Assembly (NCBI GenBank): GCA_976226885.1
Contig: OZ320321.1
Location: forward strand, 52,390,001-52,454,000
Direction: 5' to 3'
DNA from: Iphione sp. A-MEVVRFRX5
Lineage: Eukaryota
Length of the DNA stretch: 64,000 bases
The notes beneath the pieces were generated by a model. That model was not told where the DNA came from, ran no database searches, and saw only the letters and a program-made list of their open reading frames with translations. The position numbers and the translations under genes were made by a program. This document shows, piece after piece, positions 60,142 to 64,000 of this stretch; within the stretch, counting starts at the first letter, position 1, and every line of letters begins with the position of its first letter.

Positions 60142-61380
60142 ATTGGTGGCAGCGGTGGGATCCCTGCCCTAGGGGCTGAGGCAGAGGAAGAGGCGGAAGC
60201 GGTCAAGCTCCGGGCGGAGTCGGCGGAGCCTGCGGAGCCCGCCGAGTCAGCGGAGGTCGCCGAGGAGCTGCCGGAGCCCGCCTGGCTCCGCCCGGAACCC
60301 GCCACTGACTGGGACGCACAGTCTATGGAGGGGGATCAGCCTCTGGGTAGCGGGGATGCCCATACCAGAGATGAGGTGGGGCATGGGGCTGACGAGGAAG
60401 AGAGAGAACACGGGGCCCCCACCTCATCCGCCCCACACAGATCTAACGAGGACACTGATGACCACCCTCCTCCGGAGGAAGACGAAGGAGAGGGGGAGCC
60501 GACCGACCAGGCAGCCGAGCCGCTCTGGACTAGCTTTGTCCAGGAGCTGAGTTCCGCCCTCCGGCCGGAAGGAGGAAATAAGAAGAGTCTGGTGAAACCT
60601 GACACTTACGATGGGAGTACGCCCTTGCGGGACTTTCTACAACATTTTGAGCTGGTGGCCCTGGCAAACCGTTGGGGGGCCGGAGAGAAAGCCATCCAGT
60701 TGGGCATCACTCTGAGGAAGTCGGCACGGGCGGTCCTGCGGAGTTCGGGGATCGATGTGGAGAAGCCCCGAGCTTACCAGGAACTGGTGGCCGCCCTCAC
60801 GGAGAGGTTCCAATCCAAGCATCAGACAGACGCATACATCCAGCAACTGAAGGGGCGTCGGCAGGGGAAGGCCGAGGCCCTAGCGGATCTTGCAAACGAA
60901 ATTGAGCAATTGGTACAGCTGGCCTACCCTGAGGCGAAAGGGGCCTGGAAGGACCGGATGTGCCGCGAATACTATGTCGGGGCCCTCAGCAACGAGAAGG
61001 TTCGGAAGTGGGTGACCCAGGCCCGAGTGGCAACCTTTCGTGAGGCGTTGTCAGCATCGCAAGTAGCGGAGTCTTATTATCAGCATAAGTCCGAAAGGGT
61101 GGGACCCAAGCGCGTGCATAAGCTGGAAGTGGCCACCGAAGAGGCTTCGACCAACAAGTCCACCCCCAAGACCGAGGCTACAGCGGCAGGCTTCGAACGG
61201 CTGGAGCTCCTGCTTCAACAGTTATTGGCAAGCCAACAAGGGGCGGAGAAAGAGAATCGCCGGCCGAACAACAAGAAATGCTTCAACTGCGGGGAGCTCG
61301 GGCATTTCAAGCGCAACTGTCCCCAGCCCTTGAAGGAGCAACCGTCGGGAAACGGGGCAGCGGCCGCCCCTCGCCAGTAG
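60118..61380 (+). CDS. gag: Gypsy Gag (acidic N-terminus, capsid, CCHC knuckle)
   Basis: Open from ATG 60118 (MSLRSGRT). Contains KPDTYDGSTPLRDFLQHF...ANRW and CFNCGELGHFKRNC. Confidence 0.93.
   Translation: MSLRSGRTIGGSGGIPALGAEAEEEAEAVKLRAESAEPAEPAESAEVAEELPEPAWLRPEPATDWDAQSMEGDQPLGSGDAHTRDEVGHGADEEEREHGAPTSSAPHRSNEDTDDHPPPEEDEGEGEPTDQAAEPLWTSFVQELSSALRPEGGNKKSLVKPDTYDGSTPLRDFLQHFELVALANRWGAGEKAIQLGITLRKSARAVLRSSGIDVEKPRAYQELVAALTERFQSKHQTDAYIQQLKGRRQGKAEALADLANEIEQLVQLAYPEAKGAWKDRMCREYYVGALSNEKVRKWVTQARVATFREALSASQVAESYYQHKSERVGPKRVHKLEVATEEASTNKSTPKTEATAAGFERLELLLQQLLASQQGAEKENRRPNNKKCFNCGELGHFKRNCPQPLKEQPSGNGAAAAPRQ
60144..60161 (+). promoter_or_regulatory. Primer-binding site complementary to tRNA-Leu(AAG/TAG)
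   Basis: TGGTGGCAGCGGTGGGAT is the reverse complement of the recalled 3' end ATCCCACCGCTGCCACCA. Confidence 0.9.
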
Positions 61381-61391
61381 AGAGGGCGGCC
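61347..61391 (+). promoter_or_regulatory. -1 ribosomal frameshift signal
   Basis: G GGA AAC in the gag phase at 61347-61353, an 8-nt spacer, then stem GGCCGCCCCTC/GAGGGCGGCC. The -1 frame is the pol ORF. Confidence 0.85.
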
Positions 61392-63597
61392 AGCCTCCAA
61401 CCCCATTTGGAAGAACATCTCAGGATGATTCGGCTGTCTTGTGAGCGGGAGGTCACTCTGGAAGGGGAGAGCGGCCCCGCAACAAACATCACGCTACCTA
61501 GTACAATCGACGGTCGGATAGTCCCCTGGTTAGTGGATACCGGGGCGTCACTGACCCTGCTGTCGGAGGAAGTCGCCGACACCCTGTCGCTCGGGGAGTT
61601 GGAGCCGACAGTGGGGGGGATTTTGTGTGCAGACGGGAAACCCCTACGAGTGAAGGGAAGGACGAGGTTGAAGGCGAGTTTTCAAGGGATCGAGTTGGAA
61701 GTCAAAGCCTGGGTTGCCCAAATCGACTGCCCCGCCATCTTGGGGCTGGATACGCTTCACAAATGGAAAGCACAGGTGGACACGGAGGGGGCCGCGCTGC
61801 GGGTGCGGGTCCCCGAGGACAACGGCGCGAGTGGATGCCGGGCAGAGTTGGCGGAAGATTGCCACCTGGACGGGAGGAGCGCGGTGCAGGCCCCCTTGCG
61901 ATGGACGGGGCTAGAGACCGACACTGGACCTGTGGTGGTGGAAGCCTCCCCCGAGTGGGAGGGTCGCTCGGGGATGCTACTGGCACGGACGGTGTGCCAG
62001 GCGGGAAGTCAGTCCGGAGTGGCAGAAATAACCAACCCTGGCCCCGTGGGGCGTCGACTGAGAAAAGGAACCGTTGTCGGCAGGGTCCAGCGGGTGGACG
62101 GGCCAGTGCGGGTCGTCCCGGAGAGCGAAGGGGTGGCGGACGAAGACGTGGAGCTAGGACCAGCGCTCAGGACCCTGCTGGAGCGCCTGCCACCCATGAC
62201 TACCGATGAGCGGCAGGGGGTCGAACAGATGCTGCGGCGTAACGCGCGCTGTTTCCAAGAGGACGGGCAACCGCTTGGGCACACTGACACGGTCCAGCAC
62301 CGGATCGACGTACAAGGACACGCCCCCATCCGGCAGAGGGTACGCCGCCTCCCCCCCGCGAAGAAAGCACTAGTACAGCAGGAGGTGAATCGGATGCTGC
62401 AGCAAGGAGTGCTAGAGGCCTCTACCAGCCCGTGGGCGTCGCCCGTGGTTCTGGTCCGGAAGAAGGACCAATCTTGGCGATTTTGCATTGACTACCGCGC
62501 CCTTAACCGAGTAACGAAGAAGGATGCCTACCCCCTTCCGCGGATCGACGAGACACTGGACGCGTTGGAGGGGGCACGTTTCTTCTCGGCGATTGACCTG
62601 GCCAGTGGCTATTGGCAGGTAGGAGTGAGACCGGAGGACCGAGAGAAGACGGCTGTCTGTACTCCAGGTGGGCTTTACCAGTTCCGGGTCATGCCCTTCG
62701 GACTGTGCAACGCGCCCTCCACCTTCGAGCGGTTGATGGAGGCCGTGCTCCGGGGCCTGGTTGGGCAGTCCTGCCTGGTCTACCTGGACGATGTGATCGT
62801 GATAGGGAGGACGGTAGAAGAGATGACCCGCAGGCTCGATGACGTCTTCAGCCGCCTGGGGGAGGCCGGACTTAAAGTAAAACCGCAGAAGTGTCAGCTG
62901 TTCCAGAGGGAGGTGGCCTATCTGGGGCACCGCGTGTCGGAGGAGGGGGTCCAGCCCGACCCTGAGAAGATCCGGGCCATTCAGGAGTGGCCTCCCCCGC
63001 GCTGTATCACGGAGTTGAGGAGCTTCATCGGACTGTGCTCCTACTACAGGAGCTTCGTGGAGGGGTTCGCCATGCTGGCGGCCCCCCTGCACGGACTCTT
63101 GGAGAAAGGACAGGAGTATCGCTGGGACGCCGAATGTCAGCAGGCGTTTGAACAGTTGAAGGAACGGTTGGTGACCGCCCCCGTCTTGGCGTACCCGCGG
63201 CCAGAGGGACAGCTAGTGCTGGACACCGATGCATCGGCGGCTGGGATCGGAGCCGTACTGTCGCAGGAGCAGCAAGGACGGGAACGGGTGTTGGCCTACG
63301 CCAGTCGAAGTCTTGCGCGCCCGGAGAAGAACTACTGCGTCACCCGGAAAGAACTGTTGGCAGTGGTCTTCGGTCTGCGTAAGTTTCGCTCTTATGTTGG
63401 AGGGCGAAAGGTGGTAATCCGGACGGACCATAGTTCCTTACGTTGGCTATGCAGCTTCAAGGAACCCGAGGGACAGTTGGCCCGCTGGCTCGAAGAGGTC
63501 CACTGTTATGACTTGGAGGTGATACACCGCCCGGGAAGGAAACACGGGAACGCTGATGGCCTCTCGCGAGTCAAGTGCCCCCAGTGCGGACGGGACC
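61347..63597 (+). CDS. pol: Gypsy Pol: protease, RT, RNase H
   Basis: LVDTGAS, IDLASGYWQV, MPFGLCNAP, YLDD, DTDASAAGIGAVL and TDHSSL, uninterrupted. Confidence 0.96.
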
Positions 63598-64000
63598 GGA
63601 AGAGGATCTGCCGACCCTGGGGCAAGTTGCTACGGTGTCAGTGGCCCCGGCCGCATTGGACTCCTTAGCCCAAGCCCAGAAGGCTGAGCCCGAAGTGGCG
63701 GCCCTCATTCGAGCCTGGGAGGCGGAGGAGCCTCTCCCTGGACTGACTGGTAGTGATTCCCCGGAGGGGAGGTGGCTGAAGAGTGAGTCGCGGCGGTTGA
63801 GGATGAAGGACGATCTGCTTTGTCGGCGTTGGGAGGCGGAGGACGGAACGCTGTACTATCAGGCTTACGTGCCCCAGCCATTGAGATACGACATCTGGCG
63901 TGAAGTCCACGCAGGAGCGTTGGGAGGGCATCTCGGCGCTGAGAAGACAGAAGGTGCCCTTCGCCGGAAATATTGTTGGCCAGGACTCCGACGTGATGTG
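63596..64000 (+). CDS. pol: Gypsy integrase N-terminal zinc-binding region (out of frame with RT-RH by 1 nt)
   Basis: PEEDLPTLG...YQAYVPQPLRYDIWREVHAGALGGHLGAEKT...KYCWPGLRRDV is open to the window end. Confidence 0.9.

Larger units (their letters stand above)
59955..64000 (+). mobile_element. Near-intact Ty3/Gypsy LTR retrotransposon (continues beyond the window)
   Basis: LTR, PBS, gag, then PR-RT-RH-IN in Gypsy order. Confidence 0.97.

Noticed and set aside
61625-63431. Overlapping and antisense ORFs in the Gypsy pol (and in 469-2424, 5125-5640)
   Set aside because: Expected shadow ORFs of GC-rich coding sequence, with no independent motifs.

Overview
This is AT-rich, repeat-dense animal genomic DNA. 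The gene and transposon content points to an invertebrate, probably marine (inference). Two spliced minus-strand host genes, neither visible in the ORF track, were assembled by hand from GT-AG sites with consistent intron phases. The first is a sigma-like glutathione S-transferase with 5 coding exons (20909 to 11269, 204 aa) and a probable TATA promoter and non-coding first exon near 25.9 kb. The second is a calexcitin/sarcoplasmic Ca-binding protein (SCP)-like EF-hand protein. Its core exons (47555 to 43357) join in phase, across an 11-kb intron, to small upstream exons (58947-58731) encoding an Arg/Ser-rich, mitochondrial-presequence-like N-terminus; this is the most interesting signal in the window. 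Mobile DNA includes a decayed, nested Ty3/Gypsy element (0.35-5.8 kb), a nearly intact Ty3/Gypsy element (60-64 kb, runs off the window) and two diverged ~1.55-1.58 kb solo LTRs with 4-bp TSDs, one aimed at the GST gene. It also includes an intron-containing Crypton (DUF3504 tyrosine recombinase) with flanking inverted repeats, several CR1/L2-type LINE pieces, SINEs, MITEs and a foldback plus 126-bp tandem array. No CRISPR, rRNA or intact tRNA genes were seen. All calls were made by eye without database searches.
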